A DNA stretch of 64,000 bases, from assembly GCA_964036045.1 (NCBI GenBank), contig OZ038378.1, forward strand, positions 188,108,001-188,172,000, written 5' to 3'. The position numbers and the translations under genes were made by a program. The DNA comes from Eutreptiella sp. 'Long Island Sound 2002'. Its lineage: Eukaryota; Protista; Euglenida. The notes below the pieces were generated by a model, which was not told the DNA's origin, did not search any database, and saw nothing but the letters and a program-made list of their open reading frames with translations. Shown here one piece after another: positions 12,700 to 24,932 of the stretch (positions within the stretch are counted from its first letter, which is position 1; each line of letters begins with the position of its first letter).

Positions 12700-13230
12700 T
12701 GCCATATGCATCAACGCCCAAACTGCTGCGTTGTTACTCCAAAATGATTTGTTGCAAAATGGGTGCAGAAGTAAACAACAACACCCAGCGCCAACAATCA
12801 TGCCTGGGGGTCTCCCACCTCAGTACCCTAGAGGGCTAATGAGGTTTAACACCCGAAAATGGATGGTAACATGGGACATGCTCAGAGTACAGCTGCTACT
12901 GCCACCATAAGGGAGATGATGCTTCAGTGCCATATGCATCTATGCCCAAACTGCTTGGTTGTTACTCCCTGCAAAATGGGTGCACAATTAAACAACAACA
13001 CCCAGCTGCAACATTTGGGCCTGGGGGTCTCCCACCTCAGTACCCCACAGGGCAAACAAGGCTTAAAATCGGATGGTACCACGGGACAAACTGAGAGTAT
13101 GGCTGCTACTGCCACCATAAGGGAGACGATGCTTCAGTGCCATATGCATCTATGCCCAAACTGCTTCGTTGTTACTCCCAAATGATTTGTTGCAAAATGG
13201 GTGCAGAATCAAACAACAACACCCACCTGC
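12700..13230. repeat. Three imperfect ~200-bp direct repeats downstream of the transposase
   Basis: gccatatgcatc..gcccaaactgct..gttgttactcc..gcaaaatgggtgca recurs near 12701, 12930 and 13139. Confidence 0.7.
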
Positions 13231-13503
13231 AATTGTATTGGTTGGGGTCGGGGGGGGGGGGGGCTCCCAAGGGACTGGTACACAACCTGCTTATGTAGTT
13301 TCTCACCCTGTACAGGTGAAAAAAGCGAAATTTCCGAAACTGATTTTTTTGATATCCCGGCCACTCACAATGACCATCCAAGCTGTGTAAAGCATGTTTT
13401 GAGCAGCATTTAGGTGTTTTCCACCCTATTTGGGGATTGAGTGTGTTTTGGGGGGCATCCCATCTACAGTTTGTAGACACTGTCTGCCCCAAGTGTCTGC
13501 CCC

Positions 13504-15961
13504 AAGTAGACGCGGCCTGCTAATTGTAGACACCGTGGGCATGTTGTAGACGCGAAATGCCAATATTTGGGAAGGGGGCCACGGGCCCCCTTCCCCACCA
13601 AACGGTCCGCTGGCAGCGTTCACCCGCGCACACGGGCATGGTGTTCTGTGGTCTGTAGACACTGTGCACCACAAGTAGACGCGGCCTGCTAATTGTAGAC
13701 ACCGTGCGCATGTTGTAGACGCGAAGTGCCAATATTTGGGAAGGGGGCCGCAGGCCCCCTTCCCCACCAAACGGTCCGGTGGCAGCGTTCACCCGCGCAC
13801 ACGGGCATGGTGTTCTGTGGTCTGTAGACACTGTGCACCACAAGTAGACGCGGCCTGCTAATTGTAGACACCGTGGGCATGTTGTAGACGCGAAATGCCA
13901 ATATTTGGGAAGGGGGCCACGGGCCCCCTTCCCCACCAAACGGTCCGCTGGCAGCGTTCACCCGCGCACACGGGCATGGTGTTCTGTGGTCTGTAGACAC
14001 TGTGCACCACAAGTAGACGCGGCCTGCTAATTGTAGACACCGTGCGCATGTTGTAGACGCGAAGTGCCAATATTTGGGAAGGGGGCCGAAGGCCCCCTTC
14101 CCCACCAAACGGTCCGGTGGCAGCGTTCACCCGCGCACACGGGCATGGTGTTCTGTGGTCTGTAGACACTGTGCACCACAAGTAGACGCGGCCTGCTAAT
14201 TGTAGACACCGTGGGCATGTTGTAGACGCGAAGTGCCAATATTTGGGAAGGGGGCCGCAGGCCCCCTTCCCCACCAAATGGTCCGCTGGCCGCGTTCACC
14301 CGCGCACACGGGCATGGTGTTCTGTGGTCTGTAGACACTGTGCACCACAAGTAGACGCGGCCTGCTAATTGTAGACACCGTGCGCATGTTGTAGACGCGA
14401 AGTGCCAATATTTGGGAAGGGGGCCGAAGGCCCCCTTCCCCACCTAACGGCCCGCTGGCAGCGTTCACCCGCGCACACGGGCATGGTGTTCTGTGGTCTG
14501 TAGACACTGTGCACCACAAGTAGACCCGGCCTGCTAATTGTAGACACCGTGGGCATGTTGTAGACGCGAAGTGCCAATATTTGGGAAGGGGGCCGAAGGC
14601 CCCCTTCCCCACCAAACGGTCCGCTGGCAGCGTTCACCCGCGCACACGGGCATGGTGTTCTGTGGTCTGTAGACACTGTCTGCCCCAAGTAGACGCGGCC
14701 TGCTAATTGTAGACACCGTGGGCATGTTGTAGACGCGAAGTGCCAATATTTGGCCCCCTTCCCCACCAAACGGTCCGGTGGCAGCGTTCACCCGCGCACA
14801 CGGGCATGGTGTTCTGTGGTCTGTAGACGCTGTCTGCCCCAAGTAGACGCGGCCTGCTAATTGTAGATACCGTGGGCATGTTGTAGACGCGAAGTGCCAA
14901 TATTTGGGAAGGGGGCCGAAGGCCCCCTTCCCCACCAAACGGTCCGCTGGCAGCGTTCACCCGCGCACACGGGCATGGTGTTCTGTGGTCTGTAGACACT
15001 GTCTGCCCCAAGTAGACGCGGCCTGCTAATTGTAGACACCGTGGGCATGTTGTAGACGCGAAATGCCAATATTTGGGAAGGGGGCCGCAGGCCCCCTTCC
15101 CCACCTAACGGCCCGCTGGCAGCGTTCACCCGCGCACACGTGCATGGTGTTCTGTGGTCTGTAGACGCTGTCTGCCCCAAGTAGACGCGGCCTGCTAATT
15201 GTAGACACCGTGGGCATGTTGTAGACGCGAAGTGCCAATATTTGGGAAGGGGGCCGCAGGCCCCCTTCCCCACCAAACGGTCCGCTGGCAGCGTTCACCC
15301 GCGCACACGGGCATGGTGTTCTGTGGTCTGTAGACACTGTCTGCCCCAAGTAGACGCGGCCTGCTAATTGTAGACACCGTGGGCATGTTGTAGACGCGAA
15401 GTGCCAATATTTGGCCCCCTTCCCCACCAAACGGTCCGGTGGCAGCGTTCACCCGCGCACACGGGCATGGTGTTCTGTGGTCTGTAGACGCTGTCTGCCC
15501 CAAGTAGACGCGGCCTGCTAATTGTAGACACCGTGGGCATGTTGTAGACGCGAAGTGCCAATATTTGGGAAGGGGGCCGCAGGCCCCCTTCCCCACCTAA
15601 CGGCCCGCTGGCAGCGTTCACCCGCGCACACGTGCATGGTGTTCTGTGGTCTGTAGACGCTGTCTGCCCCAAGTAGACGCGGCCTGCTAATTGTAGACAC
15701 CGTGGGCATGTTGTAGACGCGAAGTGCCAATATTTGGGAAGGGGGCCGCAGGCCCCCTTCCCCACCAAACGGTCCGCTGGCAGCGTTCACCCGCGCACAC
15801 GGGCATGGTGTTCTGTGGTCTGTAGACACTGTCTGCCCCAAGTAGACGCGGCCTGCTAATTGTAGACACCGTGGGCATGTTGTAGACGCGAAGTGCCAAT
15901 ATTTGGGAAGGGGGCCGCAGGCCCCCTTCCCCACCAAACGGTCCGCTGGCAGCGTTCACCC
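13504..15961. repeat. 169-bp satellite, ~14.7 copies, inside the KDZ element
   Basis: Unit starts at 13504, 13673, ... 14687, 14841, ... 15348, 15502, 15671, 15840. Two units are 154-bp deletion variants. Each full unit has a 12-bp-stem hairpin gggaagggggcc-NNN-ggcccccttccc. Confidence 0.95.
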
Positions 15962-16097
15962 GGCGCAGGTAGGGTTTTTGGTAGTTTGTGGTTTGTTTCC
16001 TACATTTGTATTATGTCCTGATCTTGTTCAATCCCATAGCTTTTTGACTGAATAAAACTGCACCTGTACCTACTCTAAGACACCTTGTTCTTATTAA

Positions 16098-16395
16098 TGT
16101 AAGACGCCCCGTCTTAGATAATCTAAGACGCCCCGTCTTAGATTATCTAAGACGCCCCGTCTTAGATTTTCTAAGACGCCCCGTCTTAGATTTTCTAAGA
16201 CGCCCCGTCTTAGATTATCTAAGACGCCCCGTCTTAGATTTTCTAAGACGCCCCGTCTTAGATTTTCTAAGACGGATGTAAGACGCATGTAAGACGCATG
16301 TAAGACGGATGTAAGACGGATGTAAGACGGATGTAAGACGGATGTAAGACGGATGTAAGACGCCTCCAAATCTAAGACGCCCCGTCTTACAACAG
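16098..16395. repeat. Right terminal array: 7 x 24-bp hairpin units, ~8 x 11-bp units, terminal hairpin
   Basis: Same TAAGACG-based units as the left end, with the block order reversed. Confidence 0.95.
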
Positions 16396-16446
16396 CCCTC
16401 CCAACGGCACTACACCGGAGGAGGCACAACCGCAGGAGTCAAATAC

Positions 16447-16594
16447 CTTGAGGCGTCTTCCCCAGATACACGAGCTGCAGGACACAGACGCCCTTCTTGT
16501 GCGACGAGGTGAACCGCACCGGCATGGCAGTGTTGCTCACCACGGAGGTGCAGGCGACGGTGCCATTGTCCAGGCCGAAGGCGAGTTTGGTGGG
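16447..16594 (-). CDS. GEMIN5: Gemin5-like exon 11
   Basis: ctctgtag|CCC...CAAG|gtattt. Reads PTKLAFGLDNGTVACTSVVSNTAMPVRFTSSHKKGVCVLQLVYLGKTPQ, similar to LAFGTDDGKVGLYD..STYHKKTVYTLAW. Phase 0 to 1. Confidence 0.88.
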
Positions 16595-17335
16595 CTACAG
16601 AGCGGAGGGGGCATGTGGGATGGGCGTCCGAAGAGCCACAGAAGAGGATGCACGGCTTGGCGGCTAAACGCAAACCCCCGCAGCCTCCGCGGTAGAACGA
16701 CCACACATCAAAAACTCAAAATCAATCTACACGCAACAAGTTACAAACTTCTTACAATCAACCAACAAACAACACGGAACAGCCTAAGATGCACAAAAGG
16801 CAAAACGCACAGCACACGCTGAACAGACCAATAACCACAACGACCAACCATCCGGACCCAAAGAGCTTCAGACACAAACCGCAAAGGTCCATGAATCCGT
16901 GAAGCCATTGTGGACCTGGTCGAATTTTTTTCCAATGACCCTTTGTCCAAGGCATGGCTGCGTTTGTGATGGGTGACGGAGGAACCGATTTCCGGTGGCG
17001 TTTGAGGGTGAGCGTGAGCATGGGCTGTGTGTATTGTGTGTGGGGGGGGGGGGGGGGATTGTGTGGATGAGAGTGGACTGTCTGTCCCGCAGCTCACAAT
17101 TGCGGCATCACTTCCCCTGTGGCACTGTTGTTGGGGAGGGGTGTGGGGGGGTCTTACTACCGAGGGGCCATACCAGTCCATGGCCTACACCGCAAGGGGC
17201 TCGAGGGTCCTAAGCCTCACCACTGAGTCTACTCCCTGCACCCGTGCCCACCCGCCTACGCCCCTGCGCTGCCGCTGCCTCTGAAGCTGAAGGTGACCCG
17301 GGCTCGAATCCAAAGGTCTTGCGGTGGGAACGGAC

Positions 17336-17441
17336 CTGAATTGGATCAAACGCCACCGCCGTGATTGGGGAAGTCAGACCCTTCCAGAGTATTCTGTGCT
17401 CAAAGACGTTGCTCTTCGTCTGTGGGTACCACACGAGGATC
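17336..17441 (-). CDS. GEMIN5: Gemin5-like exon 10
   Basis: tgcttgcag|G...CAG|gtccgt. Reads ILVWYPQTKSNVFEHRILWKGLTSPITAVAFDPIQ, similar to [34 protein letters not shown]. Phase 2 to 0. Confidence 0.88.
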
Positions 17442-18980
17442 CTGCAAGCAATGGCAAGCGCCGGTGGGCACATGGGCATGCGACGAGGTTGCCCACCCCC
17501 CCCCCTCCCTTCCCCCACGTGTCGGACAGGTCTGTCTCGTCGCGAACGCTGTTCCAAATGGCAGGCAACCTGGATTGTCGGTTGCGGGGGCGGTGGGGGG
17601 GGGGGGGGGGGATGCTGAGTAAGTGTGCCGGTTGGTACTTCCGGGTGTGCACACTGGTCTGAGTTTTCAGGAGGAGACCCTCTGCATTGCTTGTCCACAG
17701 ACGGCGCAGAAAACTAGTTTCAATCGGTGAGACTGGGACAGGCATCCTTCTGCTCACAAGTGCTGAACTACCCCCTGTCGCTCCCACACCGGCACGGGCC
17801 ATGCTTCACACAGTCAGTCATTCACATCAGAGTGAAGTTCGGAGGGTGCTCCAGGCCACAAATGATGTGGGACATATAGCACAGGGTCAGGGGGCTCCGG
17901 ATCACCAAATGTTACCCACTGGTGGTGCCCAGCATTTCCAGGCAGTTTGCAGTTGCCCCCCCCCCCCCCGTCCATACGGTGTGCTGACGGCAACGGCAAT
18001 CAGATGGGGCCGCAGCTCCATGACATTTGTGAAGGGCGGACCGAATCTACCGAAGCGAGCTGCGACGGGGGGGAAAGAGCCCCCTGGCTCCATTGACCGG
18101 ACTTGAGGGCCACGATCACCCGCGGGTGATCGGGTGAGGGTCGGAATGACGTGCCCTGGCACGCTCCAGTGCGCCCTGGTCCGTCCTGTGGTACGCCCTA
18201 TTACGTCTTGACGGCACAAATCAGAGGCGAAGGCTCACACGAAGGTGAAGCAACCTCGTTTGACAGCCTTTAGTTCCTTGACACAGGCCTCACACCCCTC
18301 GAACCGCGACCACAGTCCTCCACAAGCCCAAGCAATCGTCCACGACCCGCCCCCCAGCGCTCTGCCATTGGCCCCCTCTTCATTCTCCTGCAGGGAGATC
18401 CGCACTGAGTTGAGTGAAAGGCACGTGCTGCCACACGCCTGTTCTACTCGCGTCGTTCACAGTGCGGCTTGCGGTCGCAGAGCTGCCGGATGCCGCGCTT
18501 CTGTCGCGACGCGCATCGCGATAAAAGGGTGGGGGGGTGGGAGGGATCCGAGCCAGCAGGTCTATCCCCCGGCTGATCTGCACTATCCTGAGGCCCGGAG
18601 GGCCTTCACGGGGGGGGGGGGGGCTGGCCCGGCAAACCCCTGCCGTTTGGGGGACCCGCACGTTGGGGAAGAGGTGGCCCGAAGGCTTCGGCCAAGTGGC
18701 ACTGTCATGGCCCGGAGGCCATGGTCTGAGCCTGCACTACTTGCTGTTGTGTGGACTGGCACTTTGTTGATCTGAAAAAATTGTCCAGTGGTCTAACTCA
18801 GCCTTTCACCCGCATTGGAAGGGGGGCCGGGGGGGGGGGGGGGTTGGACTCCGAGGGGTGGAGGGTACCTCTTCCTTACAAATTTTTTTACTGGAATGCA
18901 TCGCTGCCCCTGGCCCTGCACCCGCAGCGTCGCCTGCCACCCACGCCCCAGTGTTGGCGCCGCAGAGAAAGGGGGGATAC

Positions 18981-19085
18981 GTGTTGTGAGAGCCACTCGA
19001 GCCACACGCCAGGGTGTTGCCCAGGGAGTTGAGGGCCATGCACGACAGCGGCGCCCCGTTGGTGGGCATGCGCCAGACCGGTTGC
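18981..19085 (-). CDS. GEMIN5: Gemin5-like exon 9
   Basis: gtccccag|G...AC|gtatcc. Reads QPVWRMPTNGAPLSCMALNSLGNTLACGSSGSHN, similar to CSWTLPSLGGFAYSLAF..SLAIGVGDG. Phase 2 to 2. Confidence 0.85.
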
Positions 19086-19432
19086 CTGGGGACGGACCAC
19101 AGAGGCAAACAGGCACAGACACGGTGGAAGATGTGGCACGGGGAGGGGGGGCGGGGCAGGTAAGAACAAGGAAAAAGGGTCGCTTGGGGCACAGGGCGGT
19201 CGCTTGCACAACCTCGACCCGTTCATCTGGCAGGGCTCAGAGTCACGGGAGTTGCCTGCTTCACCAACCCCTTGCCCGAGAGCAGCCACCCCTCATGCAC
19301 TGGCTCATTGCTGAAGCTGAAACAGTAATGCGCAGCGCGGCCGTCCTTAATGCCCCCCCCCCCACCCCAAAAAACTAGCTACCGGCCTCTGGTACGCTCA
19401 GACCTCAGCACAGCGCCAGCCCACGAGTAACT

Positions 19433-20277
19433 CAGGCCTCTTGAGTAACCTGCACCATAGTCACCAGCCAGGTCCAGGGCTTCGTAAAAAATTGAAAAAA
19501 CCCTAAAAAAAATTGTTAACAAAAGCCAGTAAAAAGACTGCAAAAAAAAACTGAAAAAAAATACTGCAAAAAAAAAGCTTTAAAAAAACTGTAAAAAGGG
19601 TTTCTAGATGCATTTTGCCCTTTCCTGAAGGTTGTTAGTTTCTTCCTTAACAGTTCTTGCCGGCTTTTGGATGATTGTTGTTCATCGATTGGACGGTTTT
19701 GGATGATTTCACACACCAATTAAGCAAGAGAACCATTCACCATCCACCCACAATGCAAACCCTTATGGTAAAGAACAACTGCGAGAGAATGGATTACATT
19801 CGTCGCTGGCCCAATTGTGTGCTATGGTGGAGGCGCAACTTCATTAAAACCAAATGGCATATATGCCTTTTGTGTGCCATGCAGCATGTTGTGCTGCTTC
19901 TCAGAGCGCACCCTCTTCCACATCGAAAATGATCGTTCCACGTCGCATGAGGTGTGAGGGATGGCCAACATTTGTCTTGCACACTTGTACAACAGAGGTA
20001 GGCGTTCACGCATGCCCCCCCCCCCCACCAGCCCAATATGTCAAACTGCTGTGTACTAGGCTGCACACTGTCAAGATACAAATGCCACTCCGCGCTTTGT
20101 TCAATTCTGGGGCACAGATTTACCTGGATGACATGAGGATATGGAATGTCATGCATGTACCTCGTTGTTTCCCTTCTTCTATTGTTAAATGTAGGTCACC
20201 AAGGTCACCAATTGTAAAAACTGCCAAACCACTTGTCCCCGCAAGTCACCATATTCTTGGTGACTTCCTGAGGCCTG
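19433..20277 (-). mobile_element. Non-autonomous hAT derivative with C-terminal dimerisation-domain remnant
   Basis: Minus strand EWHLYLDSVQPSTQQFDILGWW, then after a frameshift LPLLYKCARQMLAIPHTSCDVERSFSMWK (hAT CERSFS motif). Ends CAGGCCTC...GAGGCCTG. No 8-bp TSD found. Confidence 0.7.
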
Positions 20278-21345
20278 GTAACCGCAATCGGCCAGCCAAC
20301 CGGCGTCGGTTGGCCATCAACTGCCGTCGTTTAACTGACTCCTGCCACTGATGGCCTCAGACCGTCCTTGGTGGGGAAAAAGAAGGAAAGCTCTCGTTCT
20401 TAGAGGACAGCCCTCCTGTGCAGACAAGCGCACCACCTCAATTGCGGCACCCGAGAAGTACCGAAATACCCCCCAGACGGGGGGTGGTCATCAGGGCCGT
20501 TTGCCGGTGCTCTGAACCCAGGCAGCAGGTCTCCAGGGGTGCCGCTGCGAGGCTTCCAGTGGACTTACAGGTACGGGCCCCTAAGGGGAACGCACAACGG
20601 CACTGGACAAGTGCACAGGCCTGCCCGGTTGCCTGTAGCTGTCTGACTGACCGTCCCCGTTGCTGTACCCAGTGGCTACTCGGCCTTTGCCTGCCCCGCC
20701 AGACGTAAAGGTGGAGGGGCCGAGCCCAAACAACGCAGACCAGTGTATGGGGGGAGGCAGAGGGATTCGAGGGCTGGGAGGTGCTGGGATGCACAAAAGC
20801 CTCGACTACGGCACCAGAGAGGCAAGGATGCTCGACGAAAAGGATAACCCTGTGAGCAAATCCCGGCCACGGACGCGCTCAACGGCCAAGACCCTGACCA
20901 CGCATCGAGGGCTGTAGGAACATTCAACGCATGATTCGTAATTCCACCGGCACAATGTGTCACCACAAAGTGCACAAAGGAAAACCACAGTCTCAAACCA
21001 AACGAGGCCTTGTTGCTGCGCTTTGAAACAGTCAAAACCCCCAGATAACTATTGGGGGGAAATGCCAGAAATAGCAATACAACGGCAACAGCATCAGCCA
21101 CAGCAGCAGCAGCAGCTGGTGGTAGTGGTGGTATTCTCTGGGAGTTCGGTAATAACAGACGTCACACTTGCCGAGCACACGCACATAGTCCACCATGCCG
21201 TCTGAGATTCCGGGGCCGCAGCTCGTGCAGCAGCACGAGCAGCAGCATGTGCACGCACCACACCAAAACGCGCACGCGCACGCATGGCATACACTCATGA
21301 GCCGCGCACGCCCACCACGAAACGCGGGGTCTGCAAAGAGCACAC

Positions 21346-21571
21346 TTGGTCGCGTAATCCCATTTAATAATCATTCGGTCGTGGCTGTGCGTGACGACGC
21401 AGGACGACTGCTGCCCAACCTCCGGAACGAAATGGATCCCGAACACGCAGCTGGTGTGCTTGAAGCCAGAGAACTTGGTACTGGGCTTGTCATTCATGGG
21501 GACCTGCCCGTGCACTACGTCGGTGGTGGGAGCAATTTCCCACTGAAAAATGTCCGGTGACACACTGGCGC
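21346..21571 (-). CDS. GEMIN5: Gemin5-like exon 8
   Basis: tctcctcag|GC...AA|gtgtgc. Reads ASVSPDIFQWE...KHTSCVFGIHFV...VVTHSHDRMIIKWDYAT, similar to GELLQWD..HSRIVFNL..LLSTSMDRDVKCWDIAT. Phase 1 to 2. Confidence 0.88.
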
Positions 21572-22691
21572 CTGAGGAGAGCGCAGGACACGGCCAATGT
21601 GCGGTACCCCCCACCCCTCAAATCTGCTTAATATCCCCCACCAACTAGAGGCGCGTCCGCACGGCACGTGCAGCCTGCCCCAGCAAGATGTCGGGACTGC
21701 GGTCGACTTTGCAAAGTCCTATCGGATCGCGTTTTGTGTGTGAAAATTCGCGATCTATTGCCGCCTGCGTTTGATTTCCGTGATGCCCATGGGTCCAGCA
21801 CCCACAGCGCACCTCCCGCTCACACAGTGCCCCCTCCCTTCGGCTTTGCTCTGCGAGGGCGCCGAGTGCTGCGGCACGATCAAGGCAGAGAGTGCCAATC
21901 AGCCCTGCCCACCACTTCTGTCAGCCCCCAAACGGCCCTCTAACCGGTATATACCCGCTAGAGACTGCCTCCCAACCGCTGTTCCAACCCCACTTGAAAC
22001 CTCTTGAGCCCCCATTCCCCTCAAAAGCATGCCTGGAAGGGGGGGGGGGGGTCTGGGTACCCCACACATATATGAGCCGGAATGATCCCCATGGCACGCT
22101 GGTCGTTTTGGGGGGCGTATCGGCCAGGGGCCCGATTGACCTGGTCATTGGTCAGCCTTTACTGCCCCCCGAGGGCCTTTGCGACACCCGGGACACGCCC
22201 TTCAGGCCTTCCCAATCCGCGATTCCGGGAGGTCACGATGTGCACAGCAGCAGGCGTTTGAACAAGAGACGCGTGGGGGGTAGGGGGTGGGGGGAGGAAA
22301 GCAATATGCTGGTTCTTTCGGACCCCCTCGTCGCATTGATTCCAGAAATGCCATCCTCAATTTCCCCCCATTTGGGGTCTGGGCCACCTCCGGCGGCTGG
22401 CAGCTGGGTGACTGGGTCCTGTGGGGCTGGGGGCGGGGCCACGGAGGCGGGACAGCCCTAGCACAAAAAGCTCACATTGAACTCGTGATTGTGTTCCCCC
22501 TGGACAGGGCAGTGCTTGGCACCTCCAAGCGGTCTTTCAGGTGCCCCAGGTACATATCCTTGGCCGGCCACTCGCCACAGTGAGGCATCAGTGCCTGGCG
22601 AGGGCACTGCAACACTGAGCACTGCAGCACCTGTGCCCCTAACACGGCAGTTACGGCGATGGCGAAGCAGGCAGGATAGACATAAGGCGCC

Positions 22692-23042
22692 GTCAGGCGC
22701 GCCTCAAGTTAAGGCAGCGTTAAGGCGTGTGTTATCGATAAGGCACCCTTGAGGCTACATTAGCGCAATATGAAGGATTGGGCGCCAAGCGCCCCCCCCT
22801 TTAAAAAAAGGGTTGCACACGTCTGTTTTCCCGAGCATAGTCTGTAGACACTGTGCTCCGATGTAGACACTGCGCCCAGTGTGTAGACACTGTGCTCATG
22901 ACCGTTTACCCAAGATGAGTCTCTACCCGCTGTGGATAGGTGGGGTACATGGTGCACATGTTGCAGACACATGTTCACGCACAGAGGGGGTGCCCGAATG
23001 TTGACGTTGAGGCGCATGTTGAGGCGCTAAGGCGCGCCTGAC
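22692..23042. mobile_element. Possible MITE, 13-bp TIR
   Basis: gtcaggcgcgcct ... aggcgcgcctgac; internal tgtagacac repeats; no TSD seen. Confidence 0.4.
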
Positions 23043-24103
23043 CATGCACATACGTCTCTCCTCAAGCAGGAGGAGTGGGATGGGTCTGTGTGCTGGCCCT
23101 TCCCCCCTCTGAAGACCAGCAGTAGCTTACAGTGGTGGCCCCGGACGGAAAGGTTTCGAAAATGCCATCCCAGCCCCCAGCCGGAACAAGGAGACGGTGC
23201 GCAACGCTTGCACCACCTCCCATAACGTAACTCGAGCAGCACGAATTTACCAATTGGGGCCAGCCCCACATTGTACGGATCAGGAGGGACCTTTGGTGCC
23301 AAGGGTGCAAACCATCTTCCTGGATCCCACCCGAGTATTCGCCGCATACCATCCCCTTTCCCATGCCCACAGGCAATCGTGGAAAGGATGGCTCGTTCGG
23401 TGTGAAGAGTTGACTCGAGCCCCTTTTGGGGGCCCCCACTGCCCACTTCGAGGCTCAACTGTGGGGTGGCTCCACAAACTTACCCCAACATATCACACCT
23501 CCAACTAATCCCCCAACTGATCATTTCAAGGTCCAGAGAAGGGGGTAGAAAGTCAGGAGGCTACTGCTGACGGCCTACCAACGGTTTTACAATCGCCAGA
23601 CCTAGTCTCCCGACCCAAACGCTCCCCGCCCAGTTCTGACCGGGAGCTCCGCCTGAGGTACTGAGTGTACCCGAACACACCCTAAGACTGAGGCCCGGGG
23701 TGGGGCGAAAAAGAGACGTGCATTTCTGAGGCCCCGATGCAATGCCCGAAGGATCAACCACCGCGGTCCTTGTGCGCAGTCTGCGTTTGGCCAAGACAAC
23801 AGCGCCAGAAGCGCATGGGTGTGCGACGAAAAGCGAACCCTCGGGATCGAAAAACTCAGACGGGTAAGACCCTGGATTACGCGTTTTTAGGGCGGAAAGA
23901 ATACTCATCGACGGGGAGATTCGAAGCGGCGCCAAAGCTTTGCGTCACGCGTGACTTACACACAAGAAATCCAGAGTCTCGAGTCAGGGCCCCTGCTTTG
24001 CACCACGAAACATCAGCGCAACGTTAGCACCGGAACGCCCGTGCCTCGTGCCAGACCTCTTCACACGTCAAGCGCCGAACCACGGGGCACCGCCAGACAG
24101 CAC

Positions 24104-24178
24104 CTGTCAGTAAATGCTTTGGGGAGGCCGGGTCGAACGCCAGTGCCGTCCACCGTCTTGCATTATTCTTCCCATGCC
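24104..24178 (-). CDS. GEMIN5: Gemin5-like exon 7
   Basis: tctttgcag|GG...ACAG|gtgctg. Reads HGKNNARRWTALAFDPASPKHLLT, similar to [20 protein letters not shown]. 75 nt. Confidence 0.85.
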
Positions 24179-24791
24179 CTGCAAAGAAGCGAAACCGGAG
24201 GCGCGCCAACGCCGCCCCCCCCCCACCCACCCCACATCGCGTCCCGGGCATCAGAGCCCGACGATGCAGCACAGACCCCGCGCACGCAAGCGGCCATGCC
24301 TCCGGGTAGGCGGCTGGAGAGGAGCGGACCATGACATCCGAGGACGAGGGAAGCGCACACGCGACGCCCCGTGGAAGGCGGGGGGCAGACGCGTGACATC
24401 CGACGGGGCTCGAACGAGACGACGCCCGAACCAGAAACCCAAACCCACTCGTGCCCAGTCGGCAACGCCGCAGCGTCCACCACCACCAGCACCATTGGCC
24501 CTGTGGGGTTACCGAAGCCAGTAACCCATGGGCAGCATTACGCCTAGGGCGGCCCCCCAGAGCCCCAACAAAGAAAAAACCGCCGGTGTCCGTTAAACAC
24601 CAAATGCAGGTCGATGGTCGGAGGCAAACCGACACGGTTTGAGGGCCCCCGACAGCGGTTGCAGGGTAACCGACGGCGGTTGTCGGGGAACCGACAGCAA
24701 TGTGACGGTAACTAGAGCGGTCCCCGGGGGCGGTCCTTACTGCGAAAATACGAACCGGGCGTCCACAAGGTCCCGACCGCCCTGATGATAC

Positions 24792-24932
24792 CTCTGGCTT
24801 CGCGCGGCATATTGAGCTGTTGCACGCACCACGCCTCCGTGTGACTTGGGCTCTTCTCCGCATCGCTCCCCACGGCCCACAGCCTTATGCTCCTGTCTTT
24901 GGAGGAGGACGCCAGGAGCTGCCCGGTGGCCC
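24792..24932 (-). CDS. GEMIN5: Gemin5-like exon 6
   Basis: tgtacag|GG...AGAG|gtatca. Reads ATGQLLASSSKDRSIRLWAVGSDAEKSPSHTEAWCVQQLNMPREAR, similar to CYLATGSKDQTIRIWS. 141 nt, phase 1 to 1. Confidence 0.88.

Larger units (their letters stand above)
4166..16395 (+). mobile_element. KDZ (Kyakuja-Dileera-Zisupton) superfamily DNA transposon, 12,230 bp, in Gemin5 intron 11
   Basis: Perfect 25-bp TIR: ctgttgtaagacggggcgtcttaga (4166-4190) versus tctaagacgccccgtcttacaacag (16371-16395). Mirrored subterminal arrays and an internal KDZ transposase gene. Confidence 0.85.

Noticed and set aside
13426-15959. Series of ~139-aa minus-strand ORFs
   Set aside because: Translation artefacts of the 169-bp satellite; each shifts frame with the repeat period.
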